From NCBI RefSeq assembly GCF_018977255.1, contig NW_024704746.1, positions 27,094,001 to 27,158,000 of the forward strand: a stretch of DNA of 64,000 nt, given 5' to 3'. A program made the translations under genes and the position numbers. Origin of the DNA: Callorhinchus milii (taxonomy: Eukaryota). This document shows positions 1 to 12,461 of this stretch, piece by piece. The notes below the pieces were generated by a model. It was not told where the DNA came from. It saw only the letters and a list, made by a program, of their open reading frames with translations, and searched no databases. Every line of letters begins with the position of its first letter. Within the stretch, counting starts at the first letter, position 1.

Positions 1-390
1 GGAAAACTAAGATTTATAACAAATGAGTGGGGGTATATGTACATGAAGATATTTTATTTTTGATCTGCCAATTAGTGTCTGACACACAAGGCAACACAGC
101 ATTGTGCATCCAAACCAGGCTGAGAGTGCCACATAAATATAGCCACCCACGTATGGAAATTTCTCTGTGTCTCTTATGGAATCCACCTTCTCTTCCTTGG
201 GCGATAGCTCCTGCTTACTTAATTCTGGAGCGTATGAAATGTATGAGAGCTTTGTCACCATCCATCCTCCTGCCTACAGCTTGGACACACGCTCAGCAAA
301 ATACGAAGCCTCAGGCAGCTATTTAATTCCTAAATTTTAAAACAATGGTCTTACGTGCAACGCGTAAAACATTTTGGGGCTCTGCTTGGA

Positions 391-605
391 CAATAATAAC
401 CCTTAACAACCCTTGCATTTGATACAGCGCCGTATCACGTCTTCGAGACGTCTCAAAGCGCTTCACAGGATGCACCGTAAAGAGGATTCACTATATATTT
501 TGTGGGCGAAATGCGGCAGCCAATTGCGCACAGCAGCGTCCCACAAACAGTTGACGATTGAGTGACCAAATTGTTATTTTTCTTTTTTTTTAAAGGATTA
601 TTACC
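391..605 (-). mobile_element. 5'-truncated SINE
   Basis: ccttgcatttgatacagcgcc...gagacgtctcaaagcgcttcacag...gcagccaattgcgcacagcagcgtcccacaaacag family signature. Confidence 0.85.
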
Positions 606-2927
606 AAACCCTACAATGGCATTAGTATTATTCAGTGGAGTTTTCTGCACAATGCACAATACTTTAAGGGATTAATGTGTTTCAAGGCATACACGTGTTA
701 AGCAATGAAGCTGTCTTTTACTCATTAGTACTTTTCCTGCATTCTAGCAGTTAATCTGCTCTGACTAAAACCAAAGCTAATTCCGAAGATTTAAAATGTC
801 CTGAGTGAGACAACCAGAGCAATATCTGACGACAGACATGAAATTAAATCTGGAACTCAATTAAAAATTATGATTAAGAAACGAAGCCCTCGGTAGACTA
901 GATTAATACTGTTTCAATGCACCTCAGCAAATACTGTACCATAAAATCTCTCGCTTTCTTGGGCATTTCCTAGTTCTTGTTGGACAGTGCTGTGATATGA
1001 TGGACACTCCAGAAACTATAAGCTCAGAACAAAGGAATGAATTGAGGAGTGGCGGGAAGGGGTGAGGGGAGGAATTCTAGGTCAACATTCACTGGAAATT
1101 TGATGAGTCAAAATTGTAGAGTTTTTTCTGTTGCATCGTATTCCGTTTGATTCTTTGCCTCTGCTCCATCGGCAGCCCGGACATTGAATTGTGTCTTCAG
1201 CTTATTCCGAGTGCAACATAAGTCAAATATAAAAGCTGTGAGACAGTGTGAGGCTTTCGCAAATCCTTTTTGCACGCTTTTGATGGGGTTGGGGTGGGGG
1301 GTGGGGGAGAGGTTCATTCAGCGAGTAATCATTGTCTTCTCTGAACAGCAACGACAGCTTGAGTGATTGATTGTTCCGCGGTGACGAAGATCAGCCCCCA
1401 AAAACGAGCGTGTAAAATAAGCGAGTCGGTTCCTGGTGAAATAATTGAGGAGAAGAAATATGTGCCTCATATGTGTCGTCTTGCTTGCGACCTTATGGCA
1501 CTGCGTCCGTGCTTCGAGGCATTGTGTGAGGCAGGGAAGCTGGTGACTGTGCTGTTAAATCAGCCGATTTAAGCGGTCAGGGTTTACGACATCAATCTTC
1601 ACAGATTCTCTGTTTGGAGTTGATAATCGTACGGTGCACACATGTGTCAGCGAGTGCCGCGTGCATGTGTGGGAATAGCCGAGACGTGAACCCACTACAG
1701 AAACTCGGAGCTGGTTTGCACTACAGGCATCAATTTGCCATGCCTGTAATATCAGTTCAAGGTTAGATTTAAAGTTAACAAAATCTTCCGCCTCATTGAA
1801 ATCCTCTTTTCTTGTCGGTTTTCCAGCCATTTCAGCTGCATGAATGCAAGTTGTCGTTGTTGTCGTTGTTACAAAACAGCGATATGAGACCACAAAGGTG
1901 CATTTCGTATTTTTGTTAATAGGCATTATTATTAATATTATTATTAATATTAATACCACACATTCTCTCCCTGGAGGGATGCACTTCTGCAGAGTATCAG
2001 GGTCCGTTTTGATGTGAACCAATGCTTTGGGAACCCAAGAGTGTGCATTGAGACACCTCTGGAGTTTAACCAGTTAAAACTGCACAGCCGGCCATGGATA
2101 GCGGTATCTGGCAAGCTTCCTGCTGCTTCCAGGTCTTTGGCTTGCACGATTGAAAGGAACTGAGTGGGAAGAATCCTTGCTCCCAAGAAACTATCTATTC
2201 CTCCTGGCAGTTTCACACACAGCATACACAGTCATTACACTTTACAGTATATCCATTGAAGACGGGATGAGGCGCTATATCAAATGCAAGGATTATTTTT
2301 ATTATCCGTCATCAGCAGTGTCGTACAGTCCTGTTGTGGACCCAGGTACTGGTCTAACAAGACTGCCACAGATGATTTATTCAATTCCAACATTTTCTTG
2401 CCAAGCACATGATCTTGGAACCAGTTCTGTTCAGCTCCAAGGTGACTCCGCTTTAAGGGAGCTGTAGAATACTTTGAGACATTCCTCCCAGTGTGAAAGG
2501 TGCTACGTTAGTTGTTATTGTTGTACACACTGTATGAACGTTTAAAATGTGGGTCACTATTTAGCTCTCATGAACCTGATCTCCAACTGTTTGCGTTCTC
2601 TTCTTGACCAGCGGTCAACTGCTGTGGGCTGTACTCAACTATTGGCACAGATCAGGCTATTCCTCCTGATCTCTGAGGCTACATGTTACACTGAGGCAAA
2701 CTGTCTGCAATGAATAATAAAGTGATTATTCTTTCATTACCTCCTGAGAATTTAAAGTATAGATACATATTACATATCTACATATTTATGACTATACAGT
2801 ATATAGAACAGTAGATTGGAATAGGTATGTTATGCTTTTTTTTACAATAGGTTATGACTTAAATTATTCAAGTTTATTTTTGTTTATTACCTTTTATTGT
2901 TTCTTTATAGAAGGTAAACAAGCAACT

Positions 2928-3237
2928 CGTGGAGTCCTGTAGCTCAGTGGTTAGAGCACTCGCTTTGCAAGCGAGAGACCTGAGTTCAATTCCAGGCAGA
3001 GGGCGAAACCTTGGGCAAGTTTCCTTACTCCACACAGAGCCTAATAATAATCCCTCCAAAAACCAAAAACAATAATAAATTGGTCATTTTCAATCTACGA
3101 CTGTTTGTGGGACATTGCTGTGCGCAATTGGCTGCCGCGTTCGCCCACAAATATACAGTCAATTCACTTTACAGTGTGTTCTGTGAAGCGCTTTGGGATG
3201 TCCTCCCGACGTGAAAAGCGCTATATCAAATGCAAGG

Positions 3238-3277
<40 letters not shown>
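2928..3277 (+). mobile_element. Full-length tRNA-derived SINE (tRNA-Ala-like head, Deu-like 3' half, L2-type tail)
   Basis: A box TAGCTCAGTGG, anticodon-like loop TTTGCAA, B box GAGTTCAATTCC; body tgtttgtgggacattgctgtgcgcaattggctgcc; tail gtgaagcgctttggg...gcgctatatcaaatgcaagg(ATT)n. Confidence 0.88.
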
Positions 3278-3278
<1 letters not shown>

Positions 3279-3349
3279 AGAGAAAACAAATATCCCTTCA
3301 TATTAAAACCTCAATAGCTATCTCCTCCAAATTCAACATCTAGAGACAA

Positions 3350-3495
3350 CCGAGACTGTTTGTGCTCAATTTGCTGCCGTGTTTTGTCCATTAAATATAC
3401 AGTCAATTCACATTACAGTGTATTCTGTGAAACGCTTTGAAACATCTCGAAGATGTGATAAGGCACTGGATGAAATGCAAGGATACTATTATTAT
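3350..3495 (+). mobile_element. SINE 3' fragment
   Basis: Family body and tail signature. Confidence 0.75.
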
Positions 3496-4194
3496 CAAGT
3501 CTATCAGACTCTTTGAAAATGAAAACACAAACCCAAAGATACGCAATGGAACAGCAAAACGAACAGTACAGTTGTAAATTGAACATTTACTTCTGACCTT
3601 TCTAACAATACTACCTGGTTACGTTATTCTTTTCACCTTTAAGTGCCAATGATACCCGTTAGGAGATGGTACCTGAGAATCCAAGCTACAGAGCTGCCCT
3701 TAATATTGATTTCAGTCCATAAATGTCCAAACTGTTGCAGTGACAAGCAGCACGGAGATCTTAAACTGCAGACAGCGTGCTAAGCCACTGATCGAAAGTG
3801 AGGAAATAAAAAGGATGCATCCAACACCAAACAAATCAAAGTAATCCCATGTGAGAAATGCACTTTGGACCAGAGTTCAGATAAAGGGCATATCCCCTCG
3901 CTGTGTTTTAATGTGAGAAACGGGATGGAGAAAGTTAACTGCCACTCAGCCCAAAGATAGCTTGAAAGATGAAGTAATTGGGTTATTTAAGGCATGTAAA
4001 TGGTTTTGCTCCTGGAACACAACATACGAACATAAATCACTCCTCCCCACATGAAAGGCGCTATATCAAACGTAAGGATTATTGTTATTACAGTGAATCT
4101 CACATAAATTTGTCTTTCGTCGGTTACAGATGGTTCGGTAAACTGTTTTATATGGTAGAGGTGTATTGTGTACTTTTCACTATTTTGTCTGCCT

Positions 4195-4400
4195 CATAAT
4201 AATAACCCTTGCATTTGATATAGCGCCTGATCACATCTTCGAGACGTCTCAAAGCGCTACACAGAATAGCCTGTAAAGTGAATTGACTGTATATTTTGTG
4301 ACCGAAACGTGGCAGGCAATTTCGTACAACAGTGTCCCACAAACAGCCGTGGATTGAGTGTCCAAATTATTATTTGTTTATTTTGAAGGGATTATTATGT
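4195..4400 (-). mobile_element. 5'-truncated SINE
   Basis: Family body and tail signature. Confidence 0.8.
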
Positions 4401-4807
4401 ATTAAAAAGTATTATTATTATTATTATTATTATTAAGGACAAGCATGCTATTTAATAATTGACCCTAAATTGTTAATTAGCAATAAGATGCACAAAAAGG
4501 ACTCAGTTTTGAGAAGATAATGAACATTTCAACAGTGAGCTGAGTAATCTGATGGAAATAAGATAGATGGAGATTGGAGTGGAATCAATGATGCCACTAA
4601 TTGATTATCTGTCAGTCATCACATTTCATGGCTGTTTTCAATTGAAATCACATTTCATTCTGTTTCTTCATCAGCAAACACAATGATTCCAAAGATTTAT
4701 AGCAAATGCCCCACCTCCTTTACAGATGTATCCTGCACGGGAAATGGTTTAAAATTCTGTTCAATCCTATCTTATTTTCACAGCTGGAATATATTAGAAA
4801 ATCGTGA

Positions 4808-5130
4808 TAATAATAATAATCTTTGCATTTGATACAGCGCCTTATCACGTCTTGGAGTGGTCTCAAAGCGCTTCACAGAATAAACTGTAAAGTGAATTGA
4901 CCGTATAGTTTGTGGGCGAAACACGGCAGCCAATTGTGCGCAGGAGTGTCCCACAAACAGTCGTGGATTGAGTGATCCAATTTTTTTTCATATTGAAGAA
5001 ATTATTAACCCCGGAAAAGCGATCCGCCAATCGACTAATAACCAGGTTCCTACTCACTGCTTGGTAATCAGAGGCGCGTAGAGTAAGGAAACCTGTCCAA
5101 CGTTTCACCCTGTCGGGAATCAAACCCAGT
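4808..5130 (-). mobile_element. Near full-length SINE
   Basis: Tail, body, central motif and B-box remnant (gggaatcaaaccc on plus). Confidence 0.83.
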
Positions 5131-5186
5131 AATAATCTGGTCACTCAATCCATGACTGTTTGTGGGACGCTACTGTGTGCAATTGG

Positions 5187-5783
5187 CCATTCACGGCCTC
5201 GCTCCCTCCTACCTCTCTGACCTACTATCCCCCTACCTACCTGCCCATACCCTCCGTTCCTCTGGCTCCGGTCTGCTCCACGTGCCCCGCCCCAACCGCC
5301 CTACCATTGGTGGTCGGGCCTTCAGCCTCTCAGCCCCGAGGCTCTGGAACTCCATCCCCCAGTGCCTTCGCCGCCTCCTCCCTTTCCTTCTTCAAGGCCG
5401 GTCTCAAGGCCTTTCTCTTCGACCGTGTCTTCAGCTCCCCTCTCGACTCTCAACCCCCTCCTCGCTCCCTCCCTTCCCTCCCCTCACCCTGACCATTTCC
5501 CCCCTCCTCGCTCCCTCCCTTCCCTCCCCCTCACCATTTCCCCCCTCCTCGCTCCCTCCCTTCCCTCCCCTCACCCTGACCATTCCCCCCCTCCTCGCTC
5601 CCTCCCTTCCCTCCCCTCACCCTGACCATTTCCCCCCTCCTCGCCCCTCCCTTCCCTCCCCTCACCCTGACCATTTCCCCCAATGCTCGGGTCCTGACCC
5701 AACTGTCCAGCGCCTTGGGACGTCCTCCCGACGTGAAAGGCGCTTTATAAATGAAATCTTGTTGTTGTTGTTGTTGTTGTTGC
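5187..5783 (+). mobile_element. L2-clade LINE 3' end nested in a SINE (SINE halves ~5130-5186 and ~5784-5903)
   Basis: Encodes IHGLAPSYLSDLL...LRSS...GGRAFS..APRLWNSIP, the typical L2 ORF2 C-terminus; tail cagcgccttgggacgtcctcccgacgtgaaaggcgct+(TTG)n. The SINE sequence resumes directly after. Confidence 0.87.
5455..5682 (+). repeat. Pyrimidine-rich ~46-bp tandem repeat in the L2 3' UTR
   Basis: About five copies of ccccctcctcgctccctcccttccctcccctcaccctgaccatttc. Confidence 0.85.
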
Positions 5784-6319
5784 TACGTTTCACTCACAAA
5801 ATATACAGTCACCACACTTCACAGTATATCCTGTGAAGCGCTTTGAGACGTCTCGAAGAGGTGATGAGGCGCTATATTAAATGCGAGGATTATTATTATT
5901 ATAACCGAGTATGTTAGTTTAGTTGACAGCAGCTTTACTTTGACTGTTAATCATTCATGCATTAATTATCTCCCATTTTGCTTAGCAGATTGGGTTTAGC
6001 AGTGGGCGCAGATATCCAGGTATTTCTTGAGTCTTACCTCATTGAAGGGCGTTGGTTGTCCTATGACATACTGATTGAGATTCATGCAGCAAGGAGTCAT
6101 TGAGCTCTACTGGAGCTGTGCAGTTGCTGCATTGCAGTGACTTCCCAAGTTGAAGGCAAGTGAACGTCGCAGAAATGGCTTATTAATTAAGATTTCTATC
6201 ACCGTTTACATCAACATGCTCTCACAAACTTAACAGTGATATTCACTGCAGCAGAGTTTCTGAGAATGAATGTGTTCTATAAGGTGAAGGTGTGAATTAA
6301 AGAGGCAAAAAACTGAAAT

Positions 6320-6688
6320 AATATTAATAATAATCCTTGGATTTGATAAGGCGCCTTATCACGTGGTTCAGACGTCTCAAAGCGCTTCACAGGATACACT
6401 ATGAAGTGAATTGACTTTATATTTTGTGCGAGAAACGCGGCAGCCAATTGTGCTCAGTAGTGTCCCACAAACAGTCATGGATTGAGTGACCAAATTATGA
6501 TTAATGGATTATTAACCCCAGAAAGAAGTCTGCCAATGGACTAACAACCGGGTTCCTAGTTACTGCTAAATAAACAAAGGCGTGTGGAGTAAGGAAGCTT
6601 GTCTAAGGTTTCGCCCTGCCCGGGAATCAAACCCACGTCCTCTTGCTTGCGAGGCGAGTGCACTCACTAAATTGCTGCAGGACTCCAC
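6320..6688 (-). mobile_element. Full-length tRNA-derived SINE (major family)
   Basis: Reverse strand: gtggagtcctgcag head, B box, central gtaactaggaacccggttgttagtc motif, 3' half and (ATT)n tail. Confidence 0.85.
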
Positions 6689-7044
6689 AAATTTAGAGAT
6701 ATTCAGACTCAGACCTTAAAAGAGAGATTAAACTAACATGAATATTGCATTGCCATTTGGCTGTATTACTAAGGGAAATTAAAATATTGTTATGTGCTGC
6801 TCAAATTCACCAGAGGATCCAACTGTCTGCCAGAAATGCTTCAAATACTAGAAATTAAATTTCGCAAAATTGCAATGATTGCCCTGGGAAATGCTTCTTA
6901 AGAAATGAAAGTGCTCTCAACTTGCATTCATCTTTACCTTAAAGTAAATTGTAAACAGTAACTTAACCCCTGCACCGTTCGAATGAAAATACATTCAGAT
7001 AAAACATCTCTAAACGACAAATATTGCAGATCTCTTGAAGTTCT

Positions 7045-8365
7045 TCAATTCAACTTTCTTCAGTTGAACGTCAACAAGACCGAGGCTCTCCTGATTGGCT
7101 CCCGTCAGCGCTTCCTCACCTCAGGCGCTGACAGCATCACCATCCCTGGGGCTCACTCCCCCTCCCTGAGCCGGTCCCGAACCTTGGGGTCTGGTTTGAC
7201 CCTCAACTATCCTTTCTCCCCCACATCTGTGCCATGACCCGCTCTGCCTTCCCCACCTCCGCAACATGGCCCGACTCCACCACTGTCTCACACCGCAGCC
7301 CCCGAGACCCTCACACACACATTCATAGCATCCAGGCTCCACTGTGCAAACTCGCTGCTTGTCGGCCCCCAACTCCTCCCTCCACAGACTGCAGATCATC
7401 CCGAACTAACTCTGCAGCCCGTGTCCTCTCCCCCACCGGGCACCGTGACCCCATCACCCCCATCCTCTCCCACACCGGGCTCCGTGACCCCATCACCCCA
7501 TCCTCCCCCACCGGGCACCGTCACCCATCACCCCCATTCTCTCCCACACCGGGCTCCGTGACCCCATCACCCCCATCCTCTCCCACACCGGGCTCTGTGA
7601 CCCTATCCCCCATCCTCTCCCCACCGGGCACCGTGACCCATCACCCCCATCCTCTCCCACACCGGGCTCTGTGACCCTATCACCCCCATCCTCTCCCACC
7701 CGGCTCCGTGACCCATCACCCCCATCCTCTCCCCCACCGGGCTCCGTGACCCCATCACCCCATCCTCTCCCACACCGGGCTCCGTGACCCCATCACCCCC
7801 ATCCTCTCCCCACCGGGCACCGTGACCCTATCACCCCCATCCTCTCCCACACCGGGCTCCGTGATCCTATCACCCCCATCCTCTCCCACACCGGGCTCTG
7901 TGACCCTATCCCCCCACCCTCGTGACTTCACTGGCTTCCCATCACACAGAGGATACAGATCAAGATCCTGATCCTCATCTTCAAAGCCCTCCATGGTCTT
8001 GCTCCCCCCCCAACACCTCTCCGACCTCCTAAATCCCTACCACCCTGTTCGCTCCCTCTGCTCTGTGGGCTCCGGCCAGCTTCACATCCCCCGCCTCGCT
8101 CGCCCCACTATCAGTGGCCAGGCCTTCCGCCACTCTGCCCTCGCCCTCTGGAACTTCATCCCTGACCCTCCGTCTCGCCCCCTCCCTCGCCACATATCAA
8201 GACCCACCTCAAGACTCTCCTCTTCGACCGTGCTTTCGATCTCCCTGCTTCCCCCCACCCGCCCTCCCCCGCTCGGGTCTGTAACCCTATACGTCCAGCG
8301 CCTTGGGACGTCCTCCCAACGTGAAAGGCGCGATACACATGTCATTTTGTTGTTGCTGTTGTTAG
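7045..8365 (+). mobile_element. Degenerate L2 LINE 3' portion with internal minisatellite
   Basis: NFLQLNVNKTEALLIG, NSAARVL, LHWLP-like cttcactggcttccc and FKALHGLAP motifs; same L2 tail and (TTG)n. Confidence 0.87.
7425..7920 (+). repeat. GC-rich ~40-bp minisatellite
   Basis: About 12 copies of ccccatcctctcccacaccgggctccgtgaccccatcac. Confidence 0.92.
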
Positions 8366-8822
8366 TTTTGTACCTTTCCCAGTTTTAATGAACTTCCCGT
8401 TGAGACGGTGGATTGCACAATTTAGTTTGAGGAGATCCATTCCTCGTTTAAGCGATTCTTACTAAACTTTCTTTGCCGACACTGTCCCCTCCCTTCTGAA
8501 ACATCCTTGGTGAGTCATTCCTGACAGTAAAGGTGATTCATCATGTGATTTTATACATACGCAGTGGGTGCACATGTACACAACAAAATTACATTTGTAT
8601 AAATAGAAATAGAAATTTGTGTACAAAAAAATTAAACCTGACTTCCTGGTGTGTGTAAAGTTTTACAATGTTCTTTGACGTGAATTGCCGTACAACTGCA
8701 TCTAATTGACTGTCGTTGTTAACTGGGTGTTACGCTGAATTCTCTCCAAATTAGTTTTTTTCAGTTTTCGCCTGTTTGAAAAATTTTATTAGCTCATACA
8801 TCACGCAATATTTTGTGTTTCT

Positions 8823-8838
8823 GACGCCCTCTGCTGTT
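8823..8838 (-). promoter_or_regulatory. CTCF-like motif
   Basis: Reverse strand AACAGCAGAGGGCGTC resembles the CTCF core CCAGCAGAGGGCGC. Confidence 0.4.
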
Positions 8839-9097
8839 AAAATATTCAAGTGAATGCTTTTTTTTTAATCGCCCAGTGAGCGTCAACACTCAGCTGTGCA
8901 GCGCTGGGAGGATGCAGGTTTGAAACCCATCCGTTCTGTGCTGAGTTGATCTCAGACACGGCACCAAGATGGGCACTGCCTTTAGTCTCAGCATTGCTGG
9001 GATAGAGAGGAGAATCTCAATTAGGGTTCGTAAAAAGAAGCAAATAATTACCTTCGAGTCTCTTCCGGCAAAGAGGCAAGAATCCAGCTTGTGAAAT

Positions 9098-9280
9098 AAT
9101 ACTAATACTAATACTAATGATCCTTGCAGTTGATATAGCGCCTTATCACGTCTTCGAGACGTCTCAAAGCGCTTCACAGAATAAACGGTAAAGTGAATCG
9201 ACCGTATATTTTGTCGGCGAAACACGGCAGCCAATCGCGCACAGCAGCGTCCCCACAAACAGTCGTGGATTGAGTCCCGC
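9098..9280 (-). mobile_element. 5'-truncated SINE flanked by a 25-bp direct repeat
   Basis: Family signature; gaggca(a/g)gaatccagcttgtgaaat at 9073-9097 and 9292-9316. Confidence 0.83.
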
Positions 9281-9689
9281 AATTGTGTTCGGAGGCAGGA
9301 ATCCAGCTTGTGAAATGGGATATAGTAATAAGAAAATGATTGGAAGGAGTCGAAATATTTGTGTCAAAAAATATATAATTTGTTATTTGAATTTTATTAA
9401 ATACAACTGTATTATTGAAATATATAGTAAGCAATGATCTGAAATTCAAAAATACTCAATCACCCATGTTTATATAAAAATAAATAGCTATTCATCATTT
9501 TTTTAAACTTAAATAGATGCATTTAATACGTTCAGATAACTGTTGATACAATTCGTAATGGAGTCTGTGCTAAAATCTTGATGCAGGAATCTAGAAAGCA
9601 GCTGCTATAAACACAATCATTTTGGCCCTAACTCTGTTGCTTTAGTGTCAGAGATTTTCTTCTTCCGACTTCACTGATGTCCCTCGATG

Positions 9690-12461
9690 TTAACTCTCAT
9701 ATTCAATAGACTTTGCCAGTTCACTGGAATTCATTCTCTCTCCAAACCGCTCGTCGAACAGTTTATTCTGTCTTGTGCTGAAATGGTTCTTCCAGTCTCC
9801 AACAGTACCTAAAGAGAAGAGGCGCATGGATTAGACTGGGAAACAGTAATAATAATTGGATTTGATACAGCGCCTCATCACGTCCTTGAGACGTCTCAAA
9901 GCGCTTCACAAGACAACCCTGTAATGTGGATTGACTGGATATTTTCTGGACGAAAACACCTTTGTAACTTTTGAACACATGTGATTTGGGGATCTGCTCT
10001 GGGGAGGAAACTAAAAGAAGATGTTGCGGTGAGCCCTAAGGAGGGTATAAAGGGTTTCAATGAATTGAATCCAGGGAATCCGTGGAAACAGATTGACTAG
10101 CGTGCTGCCAGATACGCTGACTACAAGCAGATCAATTCAGCCTTCATCCCTTCAGGAAACTGGATGCAAGTCCTGCGAGGTGACAAACTTCTCTGTTGTG
10201 CCACTCAGTCGGCTCAATGTTACCCCAAATGCCCATCTAAACAGTTCTGATATTATTGCAAAGCTGTAGCCATGGCAACCCTCCATTATTATTGGCTAAA
10301 AATGAATTAAACCTCTAATTGTATTATCATAATAATTTTCGCATTTGACATAGCGCCTTATCAATCACTATTGAGTCTGATCACCCTATCAGTATCAAAT
10401 AAACTCAGAGGAGACGAACCTTTTCGGAATATCAGCCTCTTGTTGGATGTCAGAGCGCACACAGTGTTATTGGCATCGACCTTTTCCTTCTGCGCCTGTT
10501 CCTTCATCTCATTAAAGGACGATTTCCTGGTGATGTCGTCAATTTGCTCAGAAGTCAGGTTGACACCCAGGAAGGTGCTGATCTGCTCAACGCTCTCGGT
10601 CGGATCCTGGAGAGAGAATTCCAGAACAAAAGTTTAATTATAAAAAGGGAAATGAGAGAGTATACAGTGCCCTTCATGAAATAATAATCTCAACAAATGT
10701 GTGACTTTGTAACAAGAACATATGACAATTTGTGATTTATTCTACTTTAGACATTTCGCCAACAAAATACACAGTCAATCTTTTTCCTGTGAAGTGTTTT
10801 GAGACCTCTCAACGATGTGATAAGGTGCTATATCAAATCCAAGTAATATTATTATTATTATTATTATTATTTAATGTGTCATTTACATTGTGTTTAATTT
10901 CTGAATGTTTAATTCAGAAATTAAACACAAATTTTCAGCGAAACTGAAAAATAATTTTAGTGTTGCGGAATAATTATTTCAGTTCTTTCAGTTGTTGTCT
11001 GGCCGCGTGTATATAATAAGTGTGGTGCATTGTTACAGATCTCGTGCGAAACAAGTGCAGTATCTCACCTTCTTCATGGCTTCGTAGTACAGAATGAGAA
11101 CATTGTCATCATTTTTGCGCTCCTCCCAACTGTGAATGTGATCGCACCACGAGCCACAAACAACTGCAATAGAAAAGAACAAATGTTCAGCAATCAGTCA
11201 TCTGGAAATGAGATTGTATTTAATTTCTTGCCCTCCCTCTGTGCCTCCCCTTATCCATTGTCGTTAAATTCTGCCATTTTGATTTACGTGTCAAATTGAA
11301 CCGTATAAAGATTTTTCCTATTCTCACCGTCTCCGTTCAGGAACTTTTCCAAAAAGGTGGTCCATTTGTCAACGGTTGGCAGGTTGGGATTATCTTTGTA
11401 GTAGTGATACAAGGAAACAGCAGTGTCTTTAGGGTTTCTGATGATGTAGATCATCTATTGAGAAGAGAGAACACAACATGTTTAGCAAAGATCATACAAA
11501 GAGCACACAAGGTTTTATATTTAATTAATAATAATTAAATATAAAACATATATACAACAGATCCTTAGAAACAAACCGAGCATCCCAATTTACATTTTAT
11601 TAGCAAAGAACACAAGATACTGCATTATTCAAGACAATATATGAATATGTTACATATATTTTTTGCAGATGTTATGTGTAAATTATTTAAGTAAAAACAT
11701 AAGAATTTGCTAAACGAAAGAAGACCGAAGTCCACCCCGTTTGCCTTCCACCATCCTGGCAGCCACTTGCACATGTCATGTCCCAAACTATATACTGTAT
11801 CCCCGAGATATTATTTCTTAACAGAAACCTATCTCATTTGTTCTTGAAATAATGATCTACATTAAACATTTCAAATCGATGAAAAGCAATAGTTTTGATA
11901 CATTTGATTTGTTTATAAAGCAACTCTCTGAAGCATTGCAGAATACAGCGTCTCCTTTAATTGTACAATAAAATGCCAAGTGTCTGTACCTTGCATTTCT
12001 TGGTTTTGAGCTGCACTGGCAACATCTTGTAGTTCAGGTGTGTGGGGATCAGTCTCGGGGAAGGAAGATTTCTCAGGTCCTCGTATTTGGAAGGATCTCC
12101 AAACTCAATGGGAGAGGTCAGTGTCACTGTTCCACAGCCATTTGCACCTTGTTGAGTGCGGTACAGGTTTTTCAGGATCTCTGCCAGCCAGTGAGTCCCT
12201 GTGAGGGTTGAAGAGAGAAAGACAATGAGAGTGAGATATTGTCAAACTATTATCAATAGAAACACACCATCTTCCCTATCTCTGGAGATTTGATTTTATA
12301 TTTAATGTGTAAAACTTCTTACCTGACTTTGGGTAGGACACCAACAGCACATCATCCTCTCTGGCTTCAAAGGAGTCCAAGGTGTGTAAAAGCTCTTTTG
12401 ATGAGCGTGTAGAAAAGGGAATCCCGTTAAAGGTGTGGACGAGGGCTGACTGGGATGGCAT
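9690..12461 (-). CDS. Cytosolic sulfotransferase, SULT6B-like, copy A (291 aa, 6 coding exons)
   Basis: Exons 12461-12323, 12198-11990, 11454-11328, 11163-11069, 10606-10420, 9808-9690 (139/209/127/95/187/119 nt = 876 nt). All introns GT-AG and phase-consistent. Motifs: SYPKSGTHW (5'-PSB loop), PTHL (catalytic His), RNPKDTAVS (3'-PB), RKGTVGDWKNHF. LDSFEAREDD, EFGDPSKY and PSPRL resemble SULT6B proteins. Confidence 0.93.

Noticed and set aside
1100-1900. Moderately CpG-rich unique sequence with ORFs up to 155 aa
   Set aside because: No recognisable protein motifs or consistent splice structure; it may be regulatory, but this is unsupported.
2928-3000. tRNA-Ala-like sequence (also 44598-44670 and 33050-33123)
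   Set aside because: No proper acceptor stem, and it continues into the SINE body: a SINE head, not a tRNA gene.
5162-5836. 224-aa ORF, longest in the ORF track
   Set aside because: Read-through of a SINE, a truncated L2 3' end and a tandem repeat; not a gene.
7425-7920. Regular ~40-bp repeats superficially like a CRISPR array
   Set aside because: No unique spacers, eukaryotic context, and the unit derives from L2 sequence.
8885-9035. Possible ancient SINE-like fragment (ctgtgctgagttgatctcag)
   Set aside because: Single degenerate copy; family and boundaries cannot be supported without a database search.
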